This document shows positions 13,701 to 26,871 of a stretch of DNA of 64,000 bases, in pieces; the stretch's first letter is position 1, and each line of letters starts with the position of its first letter. Source of the stretch: Dipteris shenzhenensis. Taxonomy: Eukaryota. The position numbers and the translations under genes were made by a program. A model generated the notes under the pieces. The model did no database searches. It worked only from the letters and a program-made list of their open reading frames with translations, and was not told the DNA's origin. The stretch lies in assembly GCA_047967505.1 (NCBI GenBank), contig CM106538.1; one strand, given 5' to 3'.

Positions 13701-14508
13701 ATGTCCATAAATATGCTATAAAAACACTAAAAAGATATTGCCATATGATATAAATGTGTTAATAAGTAATTATATATGCATAGTATTATTACATTGAGAG
13801 TGATTATGAGGAATGTTTCTTAAAGGAATCAACACTTTTTTAAGGTAATAACAGGGGTACAAAGGGATGTCTCTAAATAAGAAAATTATGTTGTGTAAAA
13901 ATGAATGAGTGACTAGTCTGTATATTTGTATGATAAAGGGATCTAGTTCTAGTGAAAATAAAAGTGTAAAAACCATGTTTCCTAAAGAAGAACATTTTCA
14001 AAAATCTCTTGAAAAACATGCTCGGATAAACCTGCTCATAGGTTTTTGCTCGTAAAATTGACGCATCCATCATGTATGTGGGCATATGCTATGCAACCAA
14101 ATATGCGGAGATGCCCAATGCATGGCTTGTGTCCAGTGAATGCTTCATAAGGTGTCATACCCTGAATCGGTTTGGTTAGAAGCCGATTAAGCAAGTAGTT
14201 TGTAGTGGCTATTGCTTCTGCCCAATACTAATTTGGAAGATGCTTTGCTAAAGTACCATTCTTCCTTTCAGTTCTTTCATTCTGTTGATGAGTATCTGCA
14301 CAAGTGAATTGTCTTTGAATGCCGCAACTTCTACAAAAGGTCATGAATGTTGAAGATGTATTCACCTCCTCTATCTGATCTTATGACTTTGATATTTTTG
14401 CCTATTTGGTTTCCAACCATGGCTTTGAATTCTTGATATCTGGAAAAGACTTCAGATTTCTCTTTTAGAAAGTAGACCCAACAATACATGTTGTAGTCGT
14501 CGATGAAA
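10712..14508 (-). mobile_element. 5'-truncated decayed Ty1/Copia (integrase, RT, RNase H, 3' LTR); same family as 49440-53426
   Basis: ORF fragments with KWVYKVK, LDVKNAFLNG, LYVDDL, GYCDSDYAG. 3' LTR 10712-10948 matches 53196-53426 in reverse complement; PPT at 10949-10959; truncated at the integrase FIDD motif near 14508. Confidence 0.92.
13050..14068. mobile_element. Non-autonomous Mutator-like DNA transposon (1019 bp) inserted in the Copia
   Basis: 9-bp TSD ATCATGTAT (13041-13049, 14069-14077); G...C termini with degenerate terminal inverted repeats. The uninterrupted homologous site occurs once in the sister Copia at ~50828. Confidence 0.75.
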
Positions 14509-14794
14509 GGGTTATTCTAACACCTAGTTTATTTGGATGGTGGCAAGTAAGTGGACCCTGACCTTGGAACCTGGATTGCCTGAGTATTCGACATCATTTT
14601 TCAATATTGTGTTTGTCAAACTCAATATTATTAAAAATTCTTAATTTGGGTGAAAATTTTTACAAACTCATAAATGTTGCATTTTTCAACTTAAATGTCT
14701 CAAAGATTTTTTCCTTATATGTTTCTCCTTTTTTTTACTTTTTATCTAATTGATGAAATTAATTGTATGGCTCAATTATTGATGGGACTTTTGA

Positions 14795-14798
<4 letters not shown>

Positions 14799-14834
<36 letters not shown>

Positions 14835-14850
14835 ACACACACACACACAC
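14799..14850. repeat. (CA)n microsatellite
   Basis: Directly visible. Confidence 0.95.
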
Positions 14851-16432
14851 AAGTTTGTGTTGTCATTGTGTGGTGATTGGTACATGCACACTCACATGTG
14901 CTTTATATGTTCCAAAAAAGATACAACTGATGTGTAGCATTTTTACACAATGGCATATGATATTGGATGATGGAAAATTACACAGTTGACCTTGTGATCA
15001 AGGTGATGGTATTGTGGGACACCTCATGTATCATTTTTGTAAATGATGGTCACGTGAGACACTGCACTTTTGCTAGCAAATGACATTATTTTCGTGACTA
15101 GCATTCATGGTCTTGGCTTGCATTTGTGATGTTGAAGGAAACGCCATATGGCACGATGTCTCAAGGCTCCTCCATAACCGACTGAGTCAGCCCATTGGCC
15201 ATTAAACTATACACACACGTCCATGGGATGGGTTATCTATGAGCACACAGACCCGCTGCTTGTTCCGCCTCTTGCAACACTACTATACCACCCACCTCAT
15301 ATCTACTGCTACGACTCATCTATGCTATCTGGCTCTTCTCTGTTCTCTTTTATTCCTCTCCGTGGAGCTTATGTCCTTGAGGTGATGGCATGTATCTTAC
15401 TTCCCTCAGATACACACTAAAGGAGTGGCTAGCTATCAGACATGTTACAGTGCGTGACTAGCAAAACTATACATGTTTTAGCTCCTCCTACCTCGACACT
15501 ATCGTTCACAAGGCGGAGTACATGAGCCCTACATATAATGGGAGATTTACATAAGCTCTGTCCAAATTTCTCAAAGCGATGGAAGCTGCGACAAAAGCAG
15601 GCGCAGTTTCACCTACAAGGTCGGACCCAGGGTTGTTGGAAGGATCAATCTTGTAATCTTGGCGGGAAGTAGTCATCTCCTCTGGCCTCTACCATCAATA
15701 GTGGTCTGTATCACCATCCCTGACCTACATTATGAAGAAGAGACTGACTGAGATTAGAAACAAATTTTCAAACAATTCGTACCTATATAGGATTGGCTGT
15801 CGTCCCTGGCCGATCAGGTTGAGAAGATCATAATCCATGACGGTGACACTGGGAGGAGATAAGCACTTATATATGCAGTCAAAACGGAGGTGATGGCATG
15901 AAACTAAGGAGCCAATCAACACTCCATCTCTTGGCTTTAGCAAGCTGAACTTCCTTGCTTGGAATCTATAGCATGGCATCGGTCGCATGTAGATAAATAC
16001 GCATGCCAATACAACGGAATAGAACGACATGCACGTATGAGGATCAACCAAAGGCTATCTAAATAAGCATGGTCAGCTTGGCGTTAACCTCTGCAATAAG
16101 AAAGGTGCAATCACATAGACTTGGGTGCGAATGAGCTAATCAACAAAAGTTGAAGAACTTGGTGGTAGCGAGAACTGAGAAGATGGGATGAAGATGATAC
16201 ATGAATGTGGAAACTAAACCCCTTGATTGTATACTGCTGGTGACGTTACACTTCTGGTAAGGAGTCAAGTTTATGAAAGCAATAGCTTTACATGCTTTCG
16301 ATCGGGGCTCTATTTTAATACTCCTTGACTTGAACAATTGCATAGCATAATCATATACGAGCAACTACATAACTTAATCACATCGTAGATCTCCTACTTA
16401 ACATTACATGTCATTAAGGTATGTGACTTACC

Positions 16433-16803
16433 CCCAAGGACATGGGGAAAGATGTTTTCTCAAAGGGATAGGTAATATATGTTTTACAAATGGTCCCCAA
16501 ATACATGGGGAGTCCTCAAACAATGTAGGAAAGAAGTATACCTTAGGTTTTTCTCTTTTAGGATCTAGTACTCAAGGCTATGTACTTAGCTCTACCATGA
16601 ATATGACTAAAAATGTGTGGATTTTTAGGACATGTTCATGGTAGAGCTAAGTACATAGCCTTGAGTACTAGATCCTAAAAGAGAAAAACCTAAGGTATAC
16701 TTCTTTCCTACATTGTTTGAGGACTCCCCATGTATTTGGGGACCATTTGTAAAACATATATTACCTATCCCTTTGAGAAAACATCTTTCCCCATGTCCTT
16801 GGG
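16433..16803. repeat. Foldback palindrome with two identical 169-bp arms and an imperfect inner stem-loop
   Basis: 16433-16601 is the exact reverse complement of 16635-16803 on base-by-base reading. The central 33 bp pair imperfectly (CTAAAAAT/ATTTTTAG) around a GTGTGG loop. Confidence 0.97.
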
Positions 16804-17719
16804 CATCTCGATATGCATCTACTTAGTACACCCATTTCTTTATATCTAAATGGTCAATATTTTCTCTTTACACTATATCCTTGTACCTACTCACTTACAC
16901 ACTTTACCATGGAAAGTGCTTTAATTACATGTACATAATCTCAAGGTATAAATCAATCACTCAAACCTTTGCAAGAATTAACTCTAAAGGCTATTGCCTA
17001 CACTCATGGGGTAATAAAGATCTTGAGAGAAGATGTTATCTTTGGAAATATCATTACATAATTTGACTTTTCCAAAACTTTGAAAAGGTTGATGGGGTTC
17101 GTACTTCTTGTGAACATTGAATGGATGTTGACCCCTACACTGGGGTATCCCTTTAAGTACCTCTAGCTAGTCCTTAATTGATCTAGTCCCTGGACACATG
17201 GGAATGATGTATCTCTGAATAGGAATGGTGTATCTCCAAATACATGGATGATGTCATGGTGTGCTAACTTCTTTTGTAACATCTTAAAAATGGTGACTCA
17301 AACATTGAGTTTCGCCATAGTGTACCTCGTGCTAAGGATATATTGATTTGATTGGATTTGTAATTACATTTGATATTCTGACATCGATAACAAGTGGAGC
17401 TCTGCATTGAGGCCTGCAATCCCACATTAAAAGATTCTTGTTCTAACATATCTTTTTTGTGGATGGATGCAGGTGAGTGGAGCTCCTTTGATATCATCTG
17501 CTTTGTACAATGCTGGTCAGATTAAATATTCCTTAGCTATGCTAAGTTGAACCATGTGGTTTTGTACACAAACCTTACTTCTTTGGCCAAATATTACTTG
17601 CCTTGTATAGTGGAAATCATGTACCTTCTTGTAAAGAATTTTTTGAAAGTTTTCTCTAGCTTGTCTTTGCATGATATGTCCTGAATGGATTGAGATGGAT
17701 TTTGTTGGTATTGAAATGT

Positions 17720-18310
17720 CACACACACACACACACACACACACTTGTCTTTTTGTGCATGCATGTGCATATCTTCCCCGCCACATATACATATGCCCAT
17801 ACATATATACACAGATGCACCCACTTTCCTTAGCTGTGATCCCCTACTTATTCTACTTTGATTCTGAATTATAGAGACGTGTATGGAAAGAGAGTTATAG
17901 TTGTGTGCTCTAGGAAGGGGACAATGGTTTCATTTTAAACAACGAAGGTATTGGCAAAGATGGTCCTATACTCTAGCAAGGGGACATTGGTCCTTTTTAA
18001 ATTAAAGGTGAAAGATATTCAAAAACATGGAACTTGTTGTTCCCTCAATACCTACTTTTTTGGGGAGAGAAAGGAGAGACTCTATGACTCTATGAGGAAT
18101 AAAACTATCTAGATGGGATCTTACCCAAATGAACACATGGCAAGAGAGGATTTTCCCTCCAAATCCTTTATGCTTCATGGTTTAACTTCTCTTGATGGCT
18201 ATTGGGAAGTGGGTGCCTCTATGCTCCTCAAGATCTTGGTTCATTATCTCCTCGACAAGCCTTCATGAAGCACTTTGCTTATGGACAATGTTGGAGTATC
18301 AAGAGGGGGG

Positions 18311-18354
<44 letters not shown>

Positions 18355-19190
18355 TAATGATTGAGATGTTGATAATTAGTGACAAAAACTTTGTCCATAA
18401 TCATAACATGCTTTGTGCCAGAGGTGAAAGCATCAATAATGGATGATGGAACAGGATCACCTAAAGAGCTAGGTACACTATGGCATGTATCTCCACATGC
18501 TACTAGAGATTTGAGAGCCTCATACTAAGGACTTATCTAATTAAAAAATACATGGTCAATGGTGTAGTCTTGCTGTGTATTTGCATCTCATGTGGTACAG
18601 TCAGATTTAGAACCATTTGTACATGTGATGGATGTACATCACAAGGATCAGTCTATGTTGATGTAGAGAAAAGTGTGTCGTGCTAAGGGCTTACCTACAA
18701 TGTGTATGATTAGAAATTAGAGGCTGATTCATATTAGCATGTGGTACATCTAGGTCTAATCTCTCAAGACCAATGAGGCATGAGTTACTGCCATAAATAG
18801 GTACATACCCTTTGGCAATGAAGGAAGAAAGAGAACCTTCTTTCCACTCATGGATCTCATCTAGGGTCATGATTGGTGCATCCTCACGTATGTGGTGTGA
18901 AGATTATGGATCCATTTGGATGTGGTCTAATGCTCTATGCTAGAGGCTTACCCATGTAGCTTCAAGAGTGTCTACCCACCATGAGAACATTGTGTGAGAG
19001 CCACCACTATAGGGCTTATTATAAATACTCAAGATGTGAAACAACTCATGGTGGAAGACTCGTGTGTGCACCAAAGATCCAACCTATAATAAAATAATGA
19101 CAATTTTGTGCTAGGAATAGCCAAGAGGTTGTACAAGGTTGATATATCTGTGTAGAAACCAAAGTCAAAAAATAGTCAACTTTTGTTGAA
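17720..19190. repeat. Right arm of the long inverted repeat (partner 1824-5539), lacking the LTR insertion
   Basis: Colinear reverse-complement similarity; begins at the (CA)n tract 17720-17744. Confidence 0.9.
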
Positions 19191-19659
19191 TTACGTTGTT
19201 TTTTTTTAACATAGAATTGTTGAATTACGTTGTTAGATGTTATGCTTATGAATAAAATCATTCATTTCACATTTTTTTTTTTCGACAAAGAACAATTCGA
19301 ATCAAATTAAATGGAAAAATGGAAGTAAATACAATTCATCTATGCTCCTAATGGAAGCAGACATGCTGCCAAGCCCACAGACTCACTATGATTCCCAAAG
19401 TAAAGATGCGCATCTATACAATCTTGTTTCAATTGCTGTAGAAAATATGTTGGAAGAGGAACCTTCTTAAACACCACAGAGCATTCATTTCACTACTACA
19501 TGTTATGCTTATGAATAAAATAATTCATCTCACTAAACTCTAAGTTTACGTATTACATTATTCTTGCAAGACACCACATATCCCTATTTACAACAAGCAA
19601 CATTTTGTCATCTATCTTTATATCGCATAATTACCGCATGATTACATTGCATCAAGATT

Positions 19660-20070
19660 TGTTGTAGGGTGACTCAACTAGTGAAGTAGAGCATTCTAAG
19701 TAAGCTTATAGCTACACTTGATTTAATAGTTCTAGAAATTATAGGGGACAAGGCAACCTCTCTTTGGGAACCTAGAAGGCTTCCAACCACCATATATCTT
19801 TCTCTAGTTAAACACTAAAAGAAGGTCTAGGGTTTTCTATGCTTTCACCAAGGGCATGTTCACTCTCTTATTCATTACCAGCTCTATCTCTCTCTAGGCT
19901 AAAGGCTTTCTCCATTGCCTTATTCACGAGTGTAACACTCATTCTCTCTAGTCTCCTTCCCTTCACTATTCGACACTTGTCTAACTTCAGCACGAATGAG
20001 AGCTTTTGACCTATCACATCCACAAACAAATACAATGTTATAGTCTTATTAAATATGTACACAAACAACA
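19660..20070. mobile_element. Possible solo LTR (411 bp)
   Basis: TGTTGT...ACAACA termini and LTR-like CT-rich composition, but the flanks (AGATT/ATGTT) are not a clean TSD and there is no second copy in the window. Confidence 0.35.
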
Positions 20071-21049
20071 ATGTTGGATATAAAGTTACAAACCGTACTT
20101 AGATCTAACAAGAAGTAATCCATAAAGGAATAGCTTTTGCAAGTCCACAAATATGTTGTTGAATTTGTTGTAAGGGAATGAAACCATATCATCCATAGCC
20201 TTCTTTTTCCCCCATGCTACAATGGAGAGGGTATCATTGATGTGATAGTATTCCAAATCTTGCATTTGACATCTTCATTGCTCACGCCTTTTTCTAATGA
20301 TATCCTCTTTCATGTTGCAAAAATGTTGTGCGTGATACCTTTCTCATGAAGGGTGTCTCTTGGCAACTGATAAAGGGCTTTATAGCCCATGCCTACCTCA
20401 TCGTAGGCATTAACAAATTCAACACAATCGACAATTTGCCCTTTAACCAGATAAGAAGAATTATTGGCTTACAAGACACTCTTACCAACAGGCGCATGAG
20501 ATAACGTGTGAAACAAAGATTCGTGTGAAGTATATGGGAAGGTGCACCGCTATCAAAATACCATGTCTCTGCTATCTCAATTATGATGAAGGTGCATGCT
20601 TTCAATGAGGCATCATAGCTGCAAGTAAAAAATGCCCTTTCATGCTCAACATAGTTGGCTGAAGTATAATCTCTGCTTGTATCATGGGAAGAACCTGAAA
20701 TAGCCATACCAAATTCTTTTTTTCCTTTGCAAGCCACCTAGCTATGTTCAATAATGGCATCAACCCTTCTTAGCGGCATCCTTTTTATCTTTCCCACCTC
20801 CAGATCCAGAAGTACTGCAATAACCATGATGGGATTCATGTTTGGGCTAAGATTTCTTCTTGCCCTTATCCCTGGATGAAAATGCTTGCTTCTCACTACG
20901 AGAATGTGATCACGTATTCTTTCTTGCCTGCTCCTCCTTCAGTGAGAGTGCTACCAACTCTTGAAAAGTAAAAAGATGCAAATTTCCCATCATCGAAGAT
21001 TGAGCAACATATGAAAAGAAAGATATGACTCCAGTAAGGATATACATAT

Positions 21050-21425
21050 ACCTTTGTAAGACTAGAATAAGTCCAATCATACAAATTTAGACTTTTTGTT
21101 GTTCTAAAGACCAAAAATCTACACAGAAAATAAAAGAGAAAATGAAAGAGAAGAAAAAAGAGGAAAACAAAAACTTTTATGAAAAACAAAAGGAAGATAT
21201 ACTTAGCAAGCAAAGAAACACTTATGTCGTCATCAATGCCCAAGCATAAGCAGCTATATTGGGTTTCTAAAGACCCGCGGAGTCTCTTGGGCAAACCCAG
21301 TGCTTACTAAAATACGTCAAATAAACAAAAGAGAAAGAAAACAAGAAATAAAGAAGAAACGAAGAAGGTGACTAAGCAAAAATAAACAAGCAAGTCAAGA
21401 AACAAAAACTTCCAAAAAATTAGAA

Positions 21426-21486
<61 letters not shown>

Positions 21487-21602
21487 AAAACATAAAAAGC
21501 TAAAAGGACCCTTTACACTTATGTATTACTTCCTACAAAGAGGCAAAATTACTTTCCTAACTTAGAAAGCACAAGCATACTCAATCAAACTCTCTTTTGA
21601 AA
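21050..21602 (-). repeat. 3' pseudo-LTR of the Penelope-like element
   Basis: Colinear with 27902-28399; contains a (CT)n tract and a multi-stem segment at ~21196-21306. Confidence 0.9.
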
Positions 21603-24600
21603 CTAAAAGAAAAACAGGCTATTCAGCTCCCCGCTTTTTGTTTTCAGCTTATGTTCAATCATTCTAAACATACCTAAGGCCGATACACCATAGATAAAAG
21701 ACTTCATATCTAAGATTGTGCATAATTTTTCCATTATTTTCCTTGGATTATACCTCTTGTGTAATAGTAAAGTGATCAAATTACTACAATGAGTAATAAA
21801 AGACTTCTTAGTTGTACAAAGGTGGGAAAATCTATGGAATTAGGAAGAAATGACTCCATATTTTGCCAAAGCAGAAATGTTTGAGTCAATGTGAGGCATC
21901 TTTATAATGTGTAAACCACTATAATCAAGTTGTTCACGTTTATCGTAAATATCAACCTCTAATCCTCTGGTAGATTGAGAAAGTCTAAGATCTAAGAAAA
22001 CACAAGAATCCCCTCTTGAAGTGCAGTTCAGTTCACAAGAGTCACGAGGATAGATTCCTTCTCCAAAAGCACAAGAGTCTTTGTACATAAAGTCTTGAAA
22101 GTTAGGAACATCTGGTACAAATAAACCATCTATAAAACACCTAACTTGGCTAAGCTTACGTAAAATGATAGGGCAGGTATTGATAGAAATAAGACGTTTC
22201 ATAAACGCAAATTCATAAGTGAAAAGATAAAAGTTTGCTAAAAAGACGGCACAATTAGTGCCCATGGGGATTCCTATAATTTGTTGAAACAAAGAATCAC
22301 CTATTGTGATGTAAAGATTATCTAAAAGAAAATCTATCCAAGAGCAAAGATCTTCAACACTTACTACCTTTGTGTATCTTTTCTTTTTAGAACCGATGTC
22401 ATGATCTTTATTTTTAGCCACAAAAAGTCAAAGCATAAGGTTGTTTTCTCAACTTTTAGCACTTTGCATCTATCTCAGCTTGAAAACTTCAGCAGCTAGC
22501 TTTTTTATTCTAAACTTCAGGTCTTCCAGCTTGATCTTTGTGTAAAGCATGGTAAAATCATAGGTTTGAAGGAGAATAGGAGACTCTTTTTCCTGAATGC
22601 TTTGAGAGGAATTAAAAAATTTTACAACAGGAATCACTCCTATAGAGTCATTTAAAATCCAACTTTAGTGTGAGGGGATATTTGTCTCCTTTAATAAGTC
22701 CCTCCAAAGTTCATGGACACTAGGCAACATGGCTTTGAAGCAATAGCTTAGCCATTTAGAGACATCCGTCAAAGTAGTCTCACAAGTAGCTGCAATAAAT
22801 CTTGGCTTTTTTGGAGTTTTGTGGAACTCTAAGCAGCACAAAGAAAAGGGATACTTGGATTGCAAACAAACCCAAAAGACTTGCAAAAACACTGGTGTTT
22901 TGAGATCAAATCCTTTTGAGAAACTAAGGCAGGGGCGTAAGTTTTGGCAGACGAGTTCACTTCTCTCAAAAGACATTCTAAGTAAAACTTTTTGCAAATA
23001 AAAACAAAGTTATTGGAACATTTGTCCATATAAGAAATGACAAAATTCCTATGGAATTTTCGAAGAAGAGTTTCATCTTCTTTAGAAAGATGGTTACTTT
23101 GCTTTGAGCAATTAACCAAAGGGACTTCTTCTAATTTCAAAGCAGCTTTCTTTAAGATCTTCCCTTTCCATTCTGAACTCCTAAACATTCTTCTAATTGC
23201 AAAACAAACTTTGAGATTCCCTTATCCATAGCTTTTAAAAGGCAAGACTCTTTAAAAAAGTACAATCAAAATTTTGTGCCTTTCACGAAAAGGTCTCTTA
23301 AGTTACTAGAAAGCAAAATTGAGGTATCAGCTGTGACTAGATGTCCTAAATCAGCATCAATAAAGCTTTGGTCTTACTTTTACAACAACAAAATTCTCTA
23401 AGGATAGAAGATTTTGAATGCTCTGAAAGCCTTTTACCTATCTCTCCATAGTTGAAAGCCTTTTGTCCTAAAGTTTTTACATACTTCCAAGCTACTACTG
23501 GATGCTTCCAAATTCTTCTCACAAAATGAGGAAGAGAATCCATTACTTCAGGGGACTTCAAAATTGAGTTTAAGCCTATCTTGTCAAGAGAGGGAGAAGT
23601 AAAAATACAAATCAAGAGTTCCTTATTTAGATAGACTTCTTTGCTTTAAAAGGAAGCCTTTACTTTTAAGAAGCGATCCAATGAAGTTTTAAGTTGTATA
23701 TAATGGAGCTTATTTGGATTCAAATCCTCAAAAGAGAAGTTTTCCAAGGTGTATTGAAGTTTAAAAATAACTTTGACATTATTATTTTCAAAAAATTTTA
23801 TTGAAAAAAGACCCAGAGACATTAATCTATGTAGGTAGAGTAGTCTTCTTTTATAGTCTCGAGAAGCAAAAACTCTTGGAACTGAGGAAGTTAAAGGAAC
23901 GAAAGGAGGAGGAAGTGGAGGAAGATGAAGTGAGGGAGGCAACTCACGAACAATATGTGAGATTGTAGGAGAGCTAGGACAACCACGTAACATAACTTTA
24001 GGTTTCCATACGAGGTTAGGTGTATGACTATGTTGGTAAAGAGGAATGTTAAAGGGCTTGATATGAGTTCTCCACATCAAAGGGTTCTTTTTCGAGGTTC
24101 TTTTATTTTTACCAAGAGTTGATTTTCCTTCCAAATTAAAACCTCTTGGGAAGAAATTCACAAGGACAAGCAGCCTTGTAAAAATCCTTGGCATTATTAA
24201 AATGGCCCTCTATATGCTCAATGGGAAAGCTATGAAGAGATTCGAAACCAGACTTTGCCATTGCCGCATATAAGGGTTTTGAATCCTCAATTAAGGAATT
24301 CTTCCCATGAACTCTTATAGCTTCCCTAACATGTTCTTGAAAATGAATAAAAGCTGTCCTATAGGTTTGTCCTACATAAAGCATATTACTACTATGTATG
24401 TTATAGACTATTGGGATAAGTGTGATCAAGGGCTTGCTCTAAGGTGCATGTGTGCATCTAGGGGAGTCACATGTGTGTGTGTGTGTGTGTGTAGTAGAAG
24501 CACACCTAGTGCTATGAGGTGTCTAGTCTGTGACCTAAGTGATGATGTAAGCACAAAGGCCCCGACATGGGAGGTTCCTTTGATTTAGCTAGTCCCGCTG

Positions 24601-26834
24601 ATGTAGGGGCTAATTGCCACTGATGTAGGGGAGGTGCCTACACCTTCCTCTCACTCTATATAATGGAGGATCTTCCTTTATTCTAATACATGGATTTTGC
24701 CTCACTTGAGCTCTCTCTCTTTGTGCCATGATGCATCTATTCTATCCCACACACTTCTTCATTTGGTGTCAGAGCTAGTAGGCTTTAGAGAATTCACTTT
24801 GGTAGTGCCACCTCATCATTTTGAGGCTTTCTTCTTTCTTCCTCTTCAGAAATGGCTAAGCTCTGTTCTCTCCATTCCTTGTGCCTTTTACCACGCCCTC
24901 TTAGCTGAAGATTCTACCCCCTGGGACACACCTCTGGCTCAGAGCATTCCTCCAGATTTCAACTCTGTAGCCCGTGTTGATTCAAATGGAGTGCGTCATG
25001 ACTGATCGCGCAATTCCGCTTCTGTGCTCACTCATTTCCAAATTCCTTCAAGCACAAGTTAGGCAATGCCTACAGCTTGCTGCTGGTGAAATATGAGCTC
25101 AAATAGTCCATTGGTTGCAGAGAAATCAACAAAAAGACAATCGATTTTGAGGAAGCTCTCCCAGGCAATGTGGCACACCATTTCGCCCCTCCTCTAGTGT
25201 GCTTACTCTCTGGTATAAAGGTTTCATTTGAGCCTACAAAGCCCCAAATATGAAGATATGTGGAGTGAGAATTCAAGCCTCCAAGTTACTCTGTTCTCTT
25301 GCAAGCATTTTTGACAGTTTTTGGACATTTGATGCTAGAGTAAATGCTAAGATGATGTTTAAGGAATAAAGTGATGCTAAGGTACAGAGCAGAGAATGCA
25401 ATTTCAGATTGAAGTTCAGTTGGGACTAATCTCTTGTCAAGATTCCAAGCTCTCAATGTTCTTCCAATGCTAAGCACTTGAAGAAGACTACAAGAAGAAC
25501 AAAGGTCAAGGTAAAGAAGACCCCAGCCAAGAAGCTTTGGGAGAAGCCAACTGGGTATGCATATGCTAAACAACTAGGCTTTTCTAAGTTTATCTTTAGT
25601 AATCTACATTTGTATGGTGAGGGAGATTTCTTTGGTCAACAAGATTAGTCATTTTGTAAGAGAGTAGACATTGCCTGATAAAGGTAAGACCCTCTCATGG
25701 CTACCTATAAAATTGACAAGTTCAATGGCCAACTCAATCCTCTAAAGAAGGTGAATCAACCACAACCAAAGGTAAAGGGAAGGCAACTGACTCTTGTTCT
25801 ACACCTACAGATGCAAAAAGGATAGAGAAAGCTTGTGCAATAATTGCATTAGGTTTGGGAGATGATTATGTACATCACATTTTAGATTTGAAATCCCCTT
25901 TTGAAGCATGGCATAAGTTAGACATATTATTTGGTGCTAGCTCTCATACTTCCAAATTGAATTTGAAAATTAAGTTCTTGAACTTAAAATGGAGGGAGAC
26001 AATGTTGCAGTTCATGTTAATACTTTGAGGAGTCTTATGACACAATTAGCCTCAATTAACTCTCCAGTCACTGAAGATGATGCTATGGCTGTGCTCTTGA
26101 AGAGCATGCCTCAAGACTTTGACTATATTGTGACTACTTTGAAGGATCTTCCCCAACCCACACTAGAGGGCATCATCAGTGCTTTACAAGAGGAGGAAAG
26201 AAAGAACACTTCAAGAATGGGTAAAGTGCACACAAAAGCACTTGCAGTAAAGTTTTCAAAGAGCAGGTACAAGGCATGCAAGCATTGTGGGAAAAACAAT
26301 CATGTTATAAAATCAACCCTTGCTCTTATTGTGGCAAGAACAATCACTCAGAGAAGTTTTGCAATGAGAAAAAGTAGAGTATGACAAAATCTAGTTAAAG
26401 AGAGAACTCGATCGACAAATGAAGCATCAAACCTTGTGGTAAAAGATAAGGACTTTGCCTTTTGAGCAATTTGTCTTTGAAATTTTTGTTTATCATCACT
26501 TGGTCAAATTTTGAGGTTCTCTGCCTGGAGTAGTACTCCAAAAAGAATGTCATGTGTTTTGTCTTTTATAAATCACCTCAGGTCACCATATGATGTAGGC
26601 CATGTGATATGTGTATTTGGTCTATCCCATTTTTGTAAACCTTGACCCTTGGGCACCTTTGCTAGCATGAGATCCTAGCCATAAATTTATCCTTGACCAC
26701 CATGAGATGGCATGAGAAACTATGTGACTAGATGTATCCTTGACATAGCAAGAGGCAAACCCTCGAGGGGGGGTATGTTGGGATAAGTGTGATCAAGGGC
26801 TTGCTCTAAGGTGCATGTGTGCATCTAGGGGAGT

Positions 26835-26871
<37 letters not shown>

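Noticed and set aside
21230-21300. Calling a canonical hammerhead or HDV ribozyme as a feature
   Set aside because: The core order is wrong for a hammerhead (no GAAA after stem II) and the P1/P1.1/P4 elements of HDV cannot all be placed; kept only as a hypothesis in findings.
21603-24403. In-frame stops in the PLE ORF as selenocysteine recoding, known for some animal Naiads
   Set aside because: The breaks include frameshifts and TAA stops, which fits ordinary decay; land plants are not known to use Sec insertion.
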